Source of the DNA: Octopus sinensis
Lineage: Eukaryota
Assembly (NCBI RefSeq): GCF_006345805.1
Contig: NC_043009.1
Coordinates: 51,646,001-51,710,000 of the forward strand
Length of the DNA: 64,000 nucleotides
Reading direction: 5' to 3'
In this document: positions 1-14,331 of the stretch, in pieces
Layout of the letters: each line of letters begins with the position of its first letter
Position numbering within the stretch: the first letter of the stretch is position 1
Program-made: the position numbers and the translations under genes
The notes under the pieces: model-generated
Databases searched by the model: none
What the model saw: only the letters and a program-made list of their open reading frames with translations
Told to the model about the DNA's origin: nothing

Positions 1-204
1 AAAAGGAGAGCTGAAGCATATGGCATTTAAAAAAAATATTTTTAATCTTTCGTATTTATAATTTCTTCGTTCATTGGGAGTATGATTGGGACAAAAAAGG
101 TGAGAGAGAAAGAGCGGAATAATGAAAGGTAGAGCGCTTTGAACAGTAAAGTAACCAGCGGTAATACAAACAGATCAAATTTACTTTTGTTCAAGTTATT
201 TTAC

Positions 205-356
205 CTGTTGGTGTTCTGGGAATTGCGGAGGATATCACCACATCTTTCTACACTTCTGGGGCAGATGATCGGAATGCCTCTACTCCCTCGACAGCACTCA
301 TTCTTTTGTGAGAATGCGAAGCAAATGAAGGACAGATAACGAAAAAAACAATATAA
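205..356 (-). other. Candidate spliced exon (probably 5' UTR) of a minus-strand gene continuing left of the window
   Basis: On the minus strand a long polypyrimidine tract ends in tcctctgcAG (acceptor at 358-357), followed by 152 nt of non-repetitive sequence and then caacag|GTaaaa (donor at 204-203). A possible upstream donor tttcag|GTggaa lies near 460. No recognisable protein. Confidence 0.3.
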
Positions 357-672
357 CTGCAGAGGATAGAGGAAAAATAGAAAAAAAAAAAGAGTAGAAA
401 GAAGAGAATGACCACGAGAGAAAGCAAAGTTGTGTGTAAAACAAGCGAAGAACATTCCACCTGAAATTCATCAGTTATGAGAAGAGCAACATATCTCTCA
501 GATCGGAAATGTCGGTTTAAAGTCGATTAATATCAAGTTGCACAGTTTCATTAGAAACTGTTAAAGCCAATATATAAAAGACACGCACAATGGATGTTTG
601 TGGTGCACAGAACGGTAATGTACTTTAGCATGCAATGAAAACAGCGAGGTGTTGTTTCACGTTGGCGCTTAC

Positions 673-682
673 GACCAATCAG
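673..682 (+). promoter_or_regulatory. CCAAT (NF-Y-type) box in unique sequence upstream of the candidate exon
   Basis: gaCCAATcag matches the NF-Y consensus. Motif match only. Confidence 0.2.
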
Positions 683-1818
683 TAAAAAGACAGTAGGCGC
701 ATAGACATGCACCAAGATTCAAGATGAGCAATGTTTTGCTGGTCAAGATAAGGCAAGCAAAATATGTGATATCAAGCTCTCATTGAGATCTGCACTTCTT
801 CGCGCTAGAAACTTCTGAGGGAGACTAAAGGATCCACAAGAGAAATTTTGAGACACCTATTGTTCTTATTGGGGTTTGAATTAGGCTCTTGAATAAGCGG
901 AATTTCGACTCCGGTACACATTTTAAGATCTACTTCTTACAAACGCAAATGCCCAAACATATATATATATATGTACATACATTCATACATACATAAATGT
1001 GTGCGTGTATATATACACACACACATACACTCAAAACACACACAGATGCATACATACATATATATATATATATACATATATCTATACATACATACATACA
1101 TATACACACACACATATATATATATATGTGTGTGTGTGTGTACACATATTGACATGACAGGCTCCATTCTGTTTTCTTCATCTAGAATGACTCCCTTTGG
1201 TTGTCCCAGGGCCATGGTACAGGACACTTTGTCTAGGATGTCTCGCAATGGAACTGCATGCAAGACGACACGGTTGAGAAAGGAGTATCTCAACTACACA
1301 ACCACATCGGCACCTATAAGCCACGACTGCGCCTATAAGCCACGCCTATACTTGATTTTATACAGTATTGTTTTTGATAGAAAACATGTATCAGACATAG
1401 TGATATATTTACTGCGTAACGTCTTGCTCCATGTGTTGCATATATAATTCTTTTCAAGGCGTCCAAGCTTTAGGGTTTAATTCAATTGCTGGTAATATTG
1501 TTTTCAGCAATGAGTGACGTGATTGTTTTCCTCATTTTTCAGAGAATAAAGTGTTATGTCATACAATGTTCGTTGTTATTTTACTTAGGACGGTCTACTC
1601 CATACAAGCAGAATTTCTGATTCGTAATCTATGTGTATTACATAGCAGGATGATTTGTTTTGTCGGTGATATAATTCAATTTAGTCCAAGCACTGCCAAG
1701 ATCGATTAGAGCTACGATAAAAGATTTTCTTCCTATAACCAAATATTGTTATGCTTACCATGCATTAAATTATACAATGTTTCGTTAATCTATCAGCTGG
1801 AATTGAATATATATATAT

Positions 1819-2400
1819 AAGGTGCAATGGGTAAATTGTCGCCATTTTATAGTTTTAATTTCGCGCATGCGTATTGTTTGGTTGTACACCATGACGCAAT
1901 TCACTCTGCGAGAAATTTAGAAACGACATACTGTACTACTCGGCATTCGCGCCGGAAGCTCCAATACGAACATTTCGGAGTGTTTGGGTGTCAATCTAAG
2001 GATAGTGTAATTTGAGGACGTGTACCGAGAATGATTAAGATCAAATATCCATTAAACATCATATTGTTTGGAGCGATCACTAGTGATGGCGACGTTATGC
2101 CTCCCATCATCTTCCCACTCGGCTTCAGACTCAACACGGAGCCCGACATCAAGTGTCTGGTGGAGGTAGTACTGACCTGGGTCAAGAAGGTGGCTGGTGG
2201 ACTCTACATCATATTACGCAAGCAGGAGAACCCAGCCATGACTATTAGACAATTTCTTTGACCACATCACTCCTAACATATGGCCACCTATCTCCCCAGA
2301 CTCCTGCACTTCTGAATATTAAGTGTGGGGCACAGCTGAGGTAGAGACCAACAAAATTCCTTATAACATCAAAGATTAACTGAAGGCACAGATTAATAAT
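1819..2400 (+). mobile_element. Degenerate Tc1/mariner transposase relic (maT/rosa-like, DD37D/DD41D type)
   Basis: Translates as KYPLNIILFGAITSDGDVMPPIIFPLGFRLN...VLTWVKKVAGG and NIWPPISPD..EY*VWG..E.ETNKIP, matching the VMVxGxVxxxGxVMPP and WPPxSPDxNPLDYxVWG motifs. Starts next to a (TA)n run. Confidence 0.8.
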
Positions 2401-2674
2401 TATCAATTATTAATTGTTAATAATTTTACCGAGTAGTTCCGGCATATTAAAAGAACCATTATCGGTAAAATTAGACACCAATTTTTTTTTTATAATTATG
2501 AGTATAATTATAATTAGGATTCAGCAAAAAAATTGCTTCACCATATACCGAAAATTTAGAAATAGCAGTCAAACACCTAGATATTTCTCTACCATACGAG
2601 AGTCTCCCAGATAACATATACTCAAAAACAATCCACGTTGGTAAAGAGAAAAAGCAATGAAATTCCGCCGGTTA

Positions 2675-2733
2675 CGTAAACACACCAGCATCGGTTGTCA
2701 AGCGATGTTGGGGGGAAAACACAGACACAAAAT

Positions 2734-2786
<53 letters not shown>

Positions 2787-2940
2787 CATATATACGACGG
2801 GCTTCTTTCAGTTTCCGTCTAGTAAATCCACTAACAAGGCTTTGGTCGACCCGAGGCTATAGTAGAAGACACTTGCCCAGGTTTCCACGCAGTGGGACTG
2901 AACCCGGAACCATGTGGCTGGTAAACAAGCTACTTACGAC
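2675..2940 (-). mobile_element. SINE family A (octopus tRNA-derived SINE with central TA/CA microsatellite), partial
   Basis: Reverse complement of the copy at 22391-22795 (gggttcagtcccactgcg...ggaaactgaaagaagcccgtcg(TA)n...caaccgatgctggtgtgtttacg). Confidence 0.85.
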
Positions 2941-3559
2941 ATGCATATACATATATATATATACATATATATAATATTTATCATATTGTGTGTTTGTAGG
3001 CGTCCATGATATAAAGTATCAGGCCATAGCCATCTGTTCAGGCTGAAAAGCAATACCCTATGAATATAGATGTAGGAAATATTCCTCTCTAATCCAGCCT
3101 TGAGATTACTACGAAAGTCAACGTGATTAACTTTCGATTCTGACCAAATCGCTTAGTAGTTATATTGACTATTTTCAGAACATAATAATATTTCAGGAGT
3201 CAACTGTTATGGAAGATGGTTGAGACATTTAGTATACTATTCAGAAAAGAAAACAAATAAAAAGGCAACAAAAAAATTGGCACTTGCCATTGGTTTGGTA
3301 ATCACGCCATACTAGAATTGGTCATGTCCATATGATTGCTTTATATAACTCAGGAAAATATTAGATTTTAATTATGATATATAGGTAGCATCATCACAAT
3401 CACTGCAGCCCTGCACATATACAGAATGAACATTGGTTTCAGATCCACAAGCGGACACACGTACATAGAATCGAAAAATCAGTATACATACATGCATAAA
3501 CACATACAAATGTGCGTATACAGGCACACAGATATGTGTATTTACGCATGACCTATATA

Positions 3560-4280
3560 ATATATATATTATATATATATATATATATATATTATACATA
3601 TACATATGCACACACACACACACACAACACACATGCACACAATATGTATATACATACATATATATATTATATATATATATATATATAATACATATATAAT
3701 GTGTGTATGCGCTTGTGCCATTATATATATGTGAGTGTGACTCTCTCTCTCTCTATATATATATATATATCTAATATATAATATATACACACACACGTAT
3801 ATATATATACATATATATACACATATATAGACATACACACGTACACACACACATATGTATATATACATATACGTATCTACATAGAGATATTTATGCGAAC
3901 GAATTGTGCGGATTTGCGTTGTTGCGAATAGCCAATATAAAAAGTTCATGAGTTTTACACACATAAATGTATATATGTATGCATGCGTGTATACACACCC
4001 AGGATGTGTGGATGCGTGTGTATGCGTCTGTGTACATATATATCCATACATATATTTATATATATATATATTATATATATATATATATATTATATATATA
4101 ATACATATATATATAAATACATATACATATTATATATATATACTATATATATATACTATATATATATATATATATTACACAAACATATACATCTATATAG
4201 ATATGTATATATATGCATATATATATATGGTGTATATATATATATATTAGATTATATATATATATATATATATATACATA
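3560..4280. repeat. Compound (TA)n/(CA)n microsatellite field
   Basis: Directly visible. It is the source of the I/Y/H/T-rich pseudo-ORFs. Confidence 0.95.
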
Positions 4281-5177
4281 TGCAATTATTATTATGATTG
4301 ACTTTATACTTTGTGTACTGTGTGAGTTTATAGGCACGTGGGATCACGAACTTCACATTGGCGGATTTATTTATATTACCATTGTTGTCTTTTTTTCCTA
4401 TCTTCATTTTTCTATTAAAAGAGAATATGTTAACTGTTATTTTAGTTCGTGTACAGACATACACAATAGACAGGTCCATTTGATTTGTTATTTCCTTGTC
4501 TTATTTTCTCCTAAATTTACTCACTTCTCTTTCAAACCTATGTCAAAACATACGCACAACCGTGTATGCGCTTGCGTCTATATACATAGAAATATGTATA
4601 TGACAGCGTTTCAATATACTTATATGTATATACATAAATTTGAATGTGTGTGTGTAGGTATCCTCACACTTACACACATACACATACACATACACACACT
4701 CACAGATATATAAGTATATGCATGTATACGTATACATATATATATATATGTATATATATATAGTTGTATATCAATGTAGGTGTGTGTCTATTGTGTATAC
4801 AGTCGCATTTGCATTTATGATATATCCATGTATGACACCGTATTACTATAATCATTGAACAATACACACATTCACACTAATATGAATAATATATATATAT
4901 ATATATAGTTATGTATGCGCGTGCATATTGGCATATATATGAATATTAATTATATATATATATATATATATATGTACATATATATATATGTATGTATATA
5001 TATATAATGTATATATATCTGTGTATATATATGTAATATATATATCTATATATATATATATATATATATATATGAATGTATGTATATATGTATGTACATT
5101 GAACTTTTAAGCGATGTGCACAATCCAGCAGAATGCTGCCGCAGTGTTTAACAGCAATGAATAAAATTAGAACAGGA

Positions 5178-5235
<58 letters not shown>

Positions 5236-5928
5236 CGCATATATATATATATATATATGTATGTATGCAAATATATATTTGTATATACGTACAAGTGTGT
5301 ATACATGAGAAAGAAATGAATAAATAAAGCAGAAAATAGCTAGAATTATTCTCTCTGAGCAATTTATATTTTTGATGGAAATCGTTTATTTGTCTGTCTA
5401 TCTTATGACTCATGACTCAGGGTTTCCAAGATTTCTCAGAAAAGAATGCAATTTTCGTTATTTGTAATTTTTGCTGCTGTTTGCCTTGTTACTATAAAAC
5501 GACACATCACGCGTGTGTTACTGTTGAATGTAATTAACTGCCAAAACCGAATGCGTAGTTATGGATGAAAATGTTTTCCGCCGTTCTGTTTAACACTCAA
5601 ATCGTCATATTGAAATACTGCGTATACCCACTTGAATTTTTAGATGCTAATACACATGCTCGACTTTCTAGAGCTAGTAGTCAAATATTGCTCTAATCAC
5701 TTCTGAGTGTTACAGAAGAGGAAGTATACACTTGTTAACGTACTTGCATATATTCGCCTGTTGGATATATTTATTCGGTTTTTATCCTCTATTTTAATAC
5801 TTTCCAATGTTATATGAAATAACACAAAAATTGACACAAAATCTTTTACATTTTATGCAAATCTATTCTTCCTGTACAACTTTTGTATTTTCAATATATA
5901 TCTTTTGAAATGTTAATATATATCTTTA

Positions 5929-6160
5929 TTTCTTTACTACCCACAAGTGGCTAAACACAGAGAAGACAAACAAAGACAGACAAAGGGACTAAGTCGATTA
6001 CATCGACCCCTAGTGCGTAACTGATTCTTATTTAATCGACCCGAAAGGATGAAAAGGTAAAGAGACCCGGCGGGAATTTGAACTCAGAAACGTAGCGGCA
6101 GACGAAAATACCACTAAGCATTTCGCCCGGCGTGCTAACGATTCTGCCAGCTTGCCACCT
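5929..6160 (-). mobile_element. SINE family B with target-site duplication
   Basis: Reverse complement of ggcgagctggcagaa..gttagcacgccgggcgaaatgcttag..gttctgagttcaaattcc. Flanked by imperfect direct repeats aaatgt(t/c)aatatatatctt of about 20 bp. Confidence 0.85.
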
Positions 6161-7352
6161 TTAAATGTCAATATATATCTTACCTCTTTCCACACATACT
6201 ATGGTGTAATGAAAAGTAGGGAAAAGCGAACGAACTTATCAGACAACCGAAAACATTGGCAGAAAAACAGATCCATTCTGCGGTCGTAATTATGGATTTG
6301 GGGAGATTGCTGTTTAAGTGAAATTGTTAGTAACATATTCAAGATACAGTATGTTAGAAATAAAATTTGAAATGCCTTCGTAGATAGATGTACTCTATGA
6401 TGGATAGCCGTTACCTAAACAATATTTACATTAGCTTTGAGTTTCATCACCGTGAAAACGTGTGAAACAGTTGACAAGTAAGTATTACCATTAGAGTGTG
6501 ATAGAAAAGATGATCCATAATCTTAAGTAATAGATTGTTGGAGTGGATGATATTTTAACAGTTATTCATCAATCATAAATCTTACTAGCTTTGTGGAGCT
6601 TCATACTTTCTCGGGTTACTTTTATTTATATAACTTTTTCTTCTTCTGGGATTTTAAGAATGGGCACTGTTAAATGTTTCCTTAAGATCTCCGAGGCTGA
6701 GGAAATTCATGGCCTTGTTGAATTTTAATTCAACACCGCTGGAAGATGTGAACAAGAAAGAAGTTTCAGAAGAATGGAATTTTAGGAAGGCATGTTCTAG
6801 CGGTTAGTGTGAACACAAATGATGATTGGGTTGCGAACCATTGAACAGAAATGGCAAGCGAACAAATCTCGTGAACAGAGGGCGTTATAAGTAAAGACAA
6901 CGATCAAAAAGCAGAGAAGATGAGGAAGTACACTATGGGAAGAAACCAAGGTATACTGGTTAACCTTCCTTGGGCTAATGTGTTATTTTATATGTTTATG
7001 AGCAGTATGTAGACGCATATGAAAGCAATGCATTTTTATATACCTTATCTGAATGTTGTAGAGTAACATATTCACGAGTTGCCATATATCGATAATAAAT
7101 ATATTAAAATTATTTACTTAGGCACTCCGGAGTTGATTCTACCCTACGAAGATCTAGCGGCTTTATTCTATCAACAAGAGGCATTTGAATAATACATGTT
7201 TCGGTTGGCAAATCATGAGAGCTGTAAGAGCTTGTCGGTCTAATTCATTTTTTATAATACGTCATCCAAATATCACTAAACCCTCACCCAAACTATAAGA
7301 GAAACAGCCATAAAAAAAAACAAACAAATAACGGGTTCTTACGCCTTGAGAC

Positions 7353-7452
7353 NNNNNNNNNNNNNNNNNNNNNNNNNNNNNNNNNNNNNNNNNNNNNNNN
7401 NNNNNNNNNNNNNNNNNNNNNNNNNNNNNNNNNNNNNNNNNNNNNNNNNNNN
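7353..7452. other. Assembly gap (100 N)
   Basis: Exactly 100 N, typical of a scaffolding gap of unknown size. Confidence 1.
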
Positions 7453-8703
7453 ATGTGCGATGTTAGGTTGCACGTGGAAATAAAAATCAAACAACTACGT
7501 GAATATGAACATTAAATTAAAATTATCCGTGAATTATTATTATTTTCTTTTTACATTTCAGTTCGGATTTTGTCAACGTAGTTATGATCGGTATAGGTTA
7601 CGCTGTTGTTTCGATAGATAACGCTATCAAAACGTTATGATTTCTGTAAAAATTCCAAGTTCAATATTGCACTAAATTTGCTTCTAAACACATACGGACA
7701 AACATATATATGAGTGTATTTGTATACATACATACACGCACCCATACGTGCATACATGCGTACATATATATGCTTACATGCAGACCTCATATTTTCTTGT
7801 TGTTTTCTGTTCATGTTCGCCTAACATATCCGTTCTCTTATACGCTAGCAAGTTATGTCGCTGATACAGCAAAATTGAATGATGTTGTTTGAATGTCTCG
7901 AAATCATGATGAGAGTTCTCTGACAAGAAATGGAAAATGGCGCAACAATTGTGGGTGCCATTTACCTTTTGTTCTCACGTGTTCCTTTTGCCGTCACCCT
8001 CTGCTACATTTTCACTACATAGAAGTTCATCCGGGTGTTTGAATGAAAATAAATATAAAAATTAGGCACATGCGTGGCTGTGTGGTAAGAAGCTTGCTTC
8101 CACATCCGATTGCGTTACTGCTGTTATTACACCGCAGACGTGGCCACGCTGGTGTGCATTGCGAAATATTGATTGAAAAAGAAGCTCAGCTCTAAAGTGA
8201 GACTTTCGTTTTTTGGGTCAAGTAGGGTTTTTTTGTTTGCTGTATATTTTTTGTACAAACAAGAAATCCTCACTGGGTTCTGGATTCTAGTCTGACTACA
8301 GTTGGGCAAAATTGTTCACTTTTATGTGAATTGTTTTGGTGGGCGGATCCCCTGCCGCCATAAAGTTTAGTATTTATTTGCCGCTGTGAAAAAATTTTCT
8401 ACGTTTCGTAATTACCATTTAATGGTAAAATATTTTTTGTTCCTGCTACTGTGTTCCCAACTCAACTGGAGTACATTTTTGGAGTATGCATATGTGTCTT
8501 TGTGTCTGTGTTTGTCCCCTCCATCACCGCATGACAACCAGTGTTATTGTGTTTATGTCCCCATAAATTAGTGGTTTGGAAAATGGGACGGGTGGAATAA
8601 TCACTGAGCTTAAAAATTAAATCTTGTAGTCAATTTCTTCGACTAAAAATCCCTTAATGAGGTGCTCCAGCATGGCTACATACATACATACATACAAATA
8701 TAT

Positions 8704-8878
8704 ATTATGGCTGCCCCCTCGTTATCGAGTATGGCTATTGCACGAAGCTTAACTGTTACTGGTGCTGTGATCGAATGTGACTTTTTAGCCCAGCTAAAGA
8801 TCTACAATGTCTTGTACAAAATTGGCAACTAAAACCTTTACTGGTAATAGCCGGCTGTAGTTGTAACTGGGCTTCATG
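8704..8878 (-). mobile_element. RTE-clade LINE 3' end
   Basis: Minus strand encodes [25 protein letters not shown], the C-terminal CxxC...H knuckle typical of RTE ORFs, followed by a short 3' UTR. Lies between (TACA)n and TA repeats. Confidence 0.7.
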
Positions 8879-8918
8879 TACATACATACATACATACATA
8901 CATACATACATACATACA

Positions 8919-8951
<33 letters not shown>

Positions 8952-9672
8952 GTTGCAGCGAGTCAGTACCACTTTTGAAAAACGCTTTTTAATTTCAATT
9001 TCTAATAGATGCCCGCGTTTTGATCGGTTTACAAAATAATAACGAAAAAGACTTTCTCTGTGACAAAAACTTATCGCATTCTTGAATAATTGCAGCCGCT
9101 TGAGACAGAATTAGATTTAATCTGTGGGCCACACAATGAACAAAAACAAAAAGGATGCTCCCTAATTTGAAAACCTATAAAATGTTAGTTGAATAAAGGT
9201 AGAAAACTATGCGCGTTATATTTTCAGTTTTCTCTGATGGAAGCATGATGTCAACTTGCTTCCCTTTTCCTATTTAAGTGTTACATAACAACATAAGATA
9301 ATACATATCATAGGTATTGCGAATTGTCAGAAACTTAATCAAAACGTATAAGTAATTATTAGCATCTAAAACAATTCATTATCAGCTCTTACGAGAAAAA
9401 ATTGTCTTTGTGGCATTTTTATCGGAAAAAAATGTTAAAGTATTACAGCGAAAGGCCTGCAACAGCTCGTGTTGCTTCCCTTGCACGGATTTTTTGTCGT
9501 CTGCCACTGCTTGTCTCTCATGCTAATTCCAACAATAAAAGTCTGAAGCCTATGATGTCATCTAGTTTACATTCATTTTACAGAACGTTAGAAGAACGAT
9601 CTTATGAAAAATAAATATTTATTCACACACACATACCACACACGCACACTCACATATGCACACGCACACACA

Positions 9673-9841
9673 TAGGCGTAGTAGTGGCTGCACGGTAATT
9701 AGCTTGCTTACCAATCACATGGTTCCGAGTTCAGTCCCACTGCGTTACACCTTGGGCAAGTGTCTTCTACTATGGCTCGGGCCGACCAGTGCCTTTTGAG
9801 TGGATTTGGTAGACAGAAACTGAAAGAACCCGTCGTATATA

Positions 9842-9874
<33 letters not shown>

Positions 9875-10430
9875 GCCTTCAAAATGTGACCTCGTGTGTA
9901 CCGTTGGCTATTTTTTTCCCACTGTCTTCCATTCTCTGGATCTTTCCTTCTCCTATGTTTCTGACGAAGTGCTCCGATCGAAATGATAAACCCTCCTTCT
10001 TTCCTTCCTTCCTGAGCGTCCAATAATACTCTATTTGTTCCACGTCCTCGCGTTGTTGTGTTTTTTTGTGCTTTCTTGTTTGGATTAACTTTATATACGT
10101 GTATATATATATATATATATATATATAGATATGTATATATGTGTGTGTGTGTGTTGTGGTGTGTGTGTTGTGCGTGTGTGTCTGTGTGTGTCTGTGTGTG
10201 TCTGTGTGTATATGTTAGTGTGTCTGTGTTTGTCCGCCCCCAACATCGCTTGACAACCGATGCTGGTGTGTTTACGTGCCCGTAACTTAGGGGTTCGGCA
10301 AAAGAAACCCGATAGTATAAGTACTAGGCTTACAAAGAATAAATCCTGGGATCGATTTGCTCGACTAAAAGGTGGTGCTCTAGCATGGTCACAGTCAAAT
10401 GACTGAAAAAAGTAAAAGAGTAAAATGAGT
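9673..10430 (+). mobile_element. SINE family A, full length, interrupted in its central microsatellite by a PLE-derived insert
   Basis: 5' half at 9673-9840 and 3' half at about 10228-10430, ending in an aaagagt-type tail. Foreign sequence lies at about 9874-10095. Confidence 0.85.
9874..10095 (+). mobile_element. Penelope pLTR-derived fragment with decayed minimal hammerhead
   Basis: tttCTGACGAagtgctccgatcGAAAtgataaa at 9958-9990. Same layout as the motifs at 11901 and 12057. Confidence 0.6.
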
Positions 10431-10489
10431 GATATAGTTTCAATTTAGATTCTATAATTTTTCTCTGTAATTGCTTCCCTTGCCTCCAT

Positions 10490-11760
10490 GGACACGCGCC
10501 TAACACACGCACACATACAGGCACACACACACACACATACGCACGCACATACAAGCAATAAAATGCACACATTCCTCGATACACATCTCCACGTTCACAC
10601 ACACATATACACACGAACGCATACACATATATACACACGGACACGCATACACACACACGCACATACACATATACACACATATTACACACATATACACACA
10701 TGCACTTATACGCACACATACCTCCTCCACGCACAACACACACTCATGCAGACACGCACACAATTACACATGCATGGGCAAAGAAACACACGCAAGCAGA
10801 CACACACAGACACACACACACAGGAACGCACACATAGTCCACAGACAAAACCCCACATGCAACTCCACGCACATATACACACACACAAACACACGCATAC
10901 ACACATACACATACATACAACCACACATACCCACACATCATATACATACACGCTCACACATATACATACATACATACACACTCACACACTTACAAACCCA
11001 AACATACACTCACATGCGTACACACACGCACGCGCATACGCACAGGGATACACACACCTAACACACACAACCCCACGCACACACATACACACGCCTACAT
11101 AACACACACGCACATACAAATACACGTAAACACAACTACACGCACATATACGAACACACACGCACACATACACACGCATGCGCATACATGCACAGAAAGC
11201 ACATATAACTCCATAAAACCACTCGTTCACACACATATAGACACGTGAACGCACACATACACACGTATACGCACATGCACATACACATATGCACACGCAC
11301 ACACATGTACACACGCACATACACTCACACGCATATACACTCACACGCACACTCGCGCACTCACATATATACACACGCACACACGTGCACACAGATATAC
11401 ACACGAACACATACACACACACACGCATACGCATATGAACTCAAACATACCTCCCCTACATCACACACTCATACATACACGCACACAAATCCACATACAT
11501 GGACATGCATATACACGCACACACACACACTCGCACACACATACAGAGGAACGCACATCAACTCCTCAGTCACAACCACACACACACAACTCCACTCACA
11601 CTCCCATACACGCACATACTTACACACACATGCACACAGACAGACGCAGGCATACACTACACACAAATCACACACACAGTACATATACATACACACACGT
11701 ACATACACACGTGCTATTACACATACACAGATCCTCGCGCGCGCACATACTCACACATAC
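10490..11760. repeat. About 1.3 kb degenerate (CA)n/(CATA)n/(CACG)n microsatellite
   Basis: Directly visible. Generates the long H/T-rich and C/V-rich ORFs. Confidence 0.95.
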
Positions 11761-12185
11761 CTCCTTCTCTTACACCCTCCTGTTTTAGAAATAAGTTTTT
11801 TGTTCACCAATTTTCTTCCGGTCATTTCAAAATGTAACCACATGTGAAGAGTTGGCAATTTTCTTCCTCCGTCCGCCCTTCTATAGGTCTTCCTCTAGTT
11901 CCGAAGAAGAGCGTCTGCTCGAAACGTTAAAACATCTTTCTTACCATCCCTAAGCGTCTGCTAATACATTACATGTACCACGTCATCGCGTTGTTTTTTT
12001 TTGCGTTTGTTCTTTTGTGTGTGTGTATGCATATATATATATATATGTGTATCTTTCTGTTGAAGAGCGTAGGCTCGAAACGTTAAGACTTGTTGATTTT
12101 ATATTTCCTGAGCGCCATACTAATACAATTGTTCGTTTGTTTTCCATGCCTCGTCTTTTGTTTATTTTCATAAAGCTTCCCGTTA
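11760..12185 (+). mobile_element. Two adjacent Penelope pLTR-type fragments, each with a near-intact minimal hammerhead
   Basis: ccgaaga-a-GAGC-gtct-GCTC-GAAA-cgtt at 11901-11928 (U4C) and ctgttga-a-GAGC-gtag-GCTC-GAAA-cgtt at 12057-12084 (A6U). Both have an ACGT palindromic stem III. Confidence 0.65.
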
Positions 12186-13303
12186 TATATATATATATAT
12201 AATACAAATTGGGACAAGAACGTAAAACATCCGGATAGCTAGGTGATACAAAAGGGGGACAACAAAACATCCTGAAAGATGATTCCAGGAAAACAAGGAC
12301 GCGTCATTCGAAGTTTTCTATCCTCAGTCAAGCACCAGATAACCCTCGTAATTTTGGCTGAGTATTCTTGTTATTACTCCAATCTGGCTAGCCTCAAAGA
12401 AAAACTAAGCTAAGAGCATTAGATTTCTTAGAAGGAAGCAGCGAATGTATACAAAAACAAGGAGGGAAAAAAACAGACAAAGTTACACAAATATAAATAC
12501 AGTAAAAATGATAATAGGACATAATGTGTGTGTGTGCTTGTGCGTGTGTGTATATATGTATGTAAGTTTATGTATTTACGCATATATATATATATATACA
12601 CCCACTCACACACATACACACATATATGTATATATATATATATTATTCCTGGGCATGTGCGTGTGTGTGTGCTTGCTACCACTTGGCATCTAGCGTTCGT
12701 TTCTTTACGTTCCTACAGGGTACCCTTTGACCAAAGGAAAACTGATAAAAATAATTATCTAATTTAATTTATTCGGTTGAAAATTTCAAGGTGGTGCTCC
12801 AGCATAGGCGATGTCCAGTAATTGAAAAACGTGAAAGATAGAAGATAATCTCACTTTTCCGTCATATTACGTGCTTGAACGCAACAAGAAATACAGTTGA
12901 ATGAGCTGATATCCTATTGCTTTCTATATTTAGAGATTATTTCACAGCGACGTTAGACAGATTTTCTCATTCTAAATTAATTAATTCATTCGCATACGCT
13001 ATGGTGTGATAAGTAATTAACAGTGAAAGTGTGTAAATTTAAAAAAAAACAACATATTTTGCATGTAAATGCGTAGATAGCAAATTGATGGTAAACAAAA
13101 AACGCGGATCAATTAACTGCTGCACATACAATTAATATATATATTCGCTATACATTCCTGGGATATTAACTGTTAATGCAGCAGTAATTGGGTGAATGAC
13201 ATGATTACGTTGGCAAATTCAACATTGTACATACACATACATGCATACATACGGGTGTGCATCTAAGTATAATATGTGTGTGTACTCATGGAAGATCCAC
13301 ATG

Positions 13304-13351
<48 letters not shown>

Positions 13352-13711
13352 AATATATACATACACATATATATATGAATACATATACGTATACGTACAT
13401 ATATACATACGTGCAATTATACATATATACATATCCACATATACATGCATATTTTCATGTACTGTTCTATACATCGTGTATGTCGATAAAGAAACCAAAA
13501 TCTAGATCCATCCTTCCATCAGTCCTATTAAGGATTCATGTTTACTCTCTAAAACTCACGCACATGCAGATGTATGTATGTATGCATGTACATATGTATG
13601 TATATATGTAGCGCGAATCATATATAGTTAAAGCGATAGATACATAGGTGAATATATTTATCTACCCTTCGATATGTCACTCACTGCTTATCTGTCTGTA
13701 TTGCTTTCTCT

Positions 13712-13720
13712 CTCTGTCTG

Positions 13721-13817
<97 letters not shown>
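13712..13817. repeat. (TCTA)n microsatellite
   Basis: Directly visible. Confidence 0.95.
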
Positions 13818-13818
<1 letters not shown>

Positions 13819-13889
13819 AATTTAACTATATGTGTGTGTATATATATACATACTAACACACACAAATATATATACATATATATTCTTTT

Positions 13890-14065
13890 ATTGTTTTATT
13901 TTTTCGGTCATTTGAAACTTGCAGGAGCACCGCCTTTAGTTTCCTGGACTTATTCTTTATAAGCCTAGTACTTATTCTATCGGAGTATTTTTGCAGAACC
14001 GCTAAGTTACGGGACATAAACACACCAACATCGGTTGTCAAACGATGGTAGCGTCCCAAACACAG
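13890..14065 (-). mobile_element. SINE family A, 3' half
   Basis: Reverse complement of the 3' half of the 22391 copy. Confidence 0.75.
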
Positions 14066-14331
14066 ACATACACTTATATATATATATATAATATATCTTA
14101 TATATATATTATATATATATATAATATATATATATATACTTATACATATATATATAAATATATATATTATATATATAAATATATATATATGTATATATAT
14201 ATATCTTATACTATATATATATTAATATATATATATATATATATCCACACCACATACACATACATACACACACACACATATATACATAATACATTACACA
14301 TCATATGTGCATAATCAATAATCATGTCTGG

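Noticed and set aside
455-480. CTGATGA on the minus strand
   Set aside because: No stem II/GAAA/stem III follows, so it is a chance match.
5406-5419. Tandem TGACTCA (AP-1) motifs
   Set aside because: Explained as easily by a 7-bp micro-duplication. There is no supporting context.
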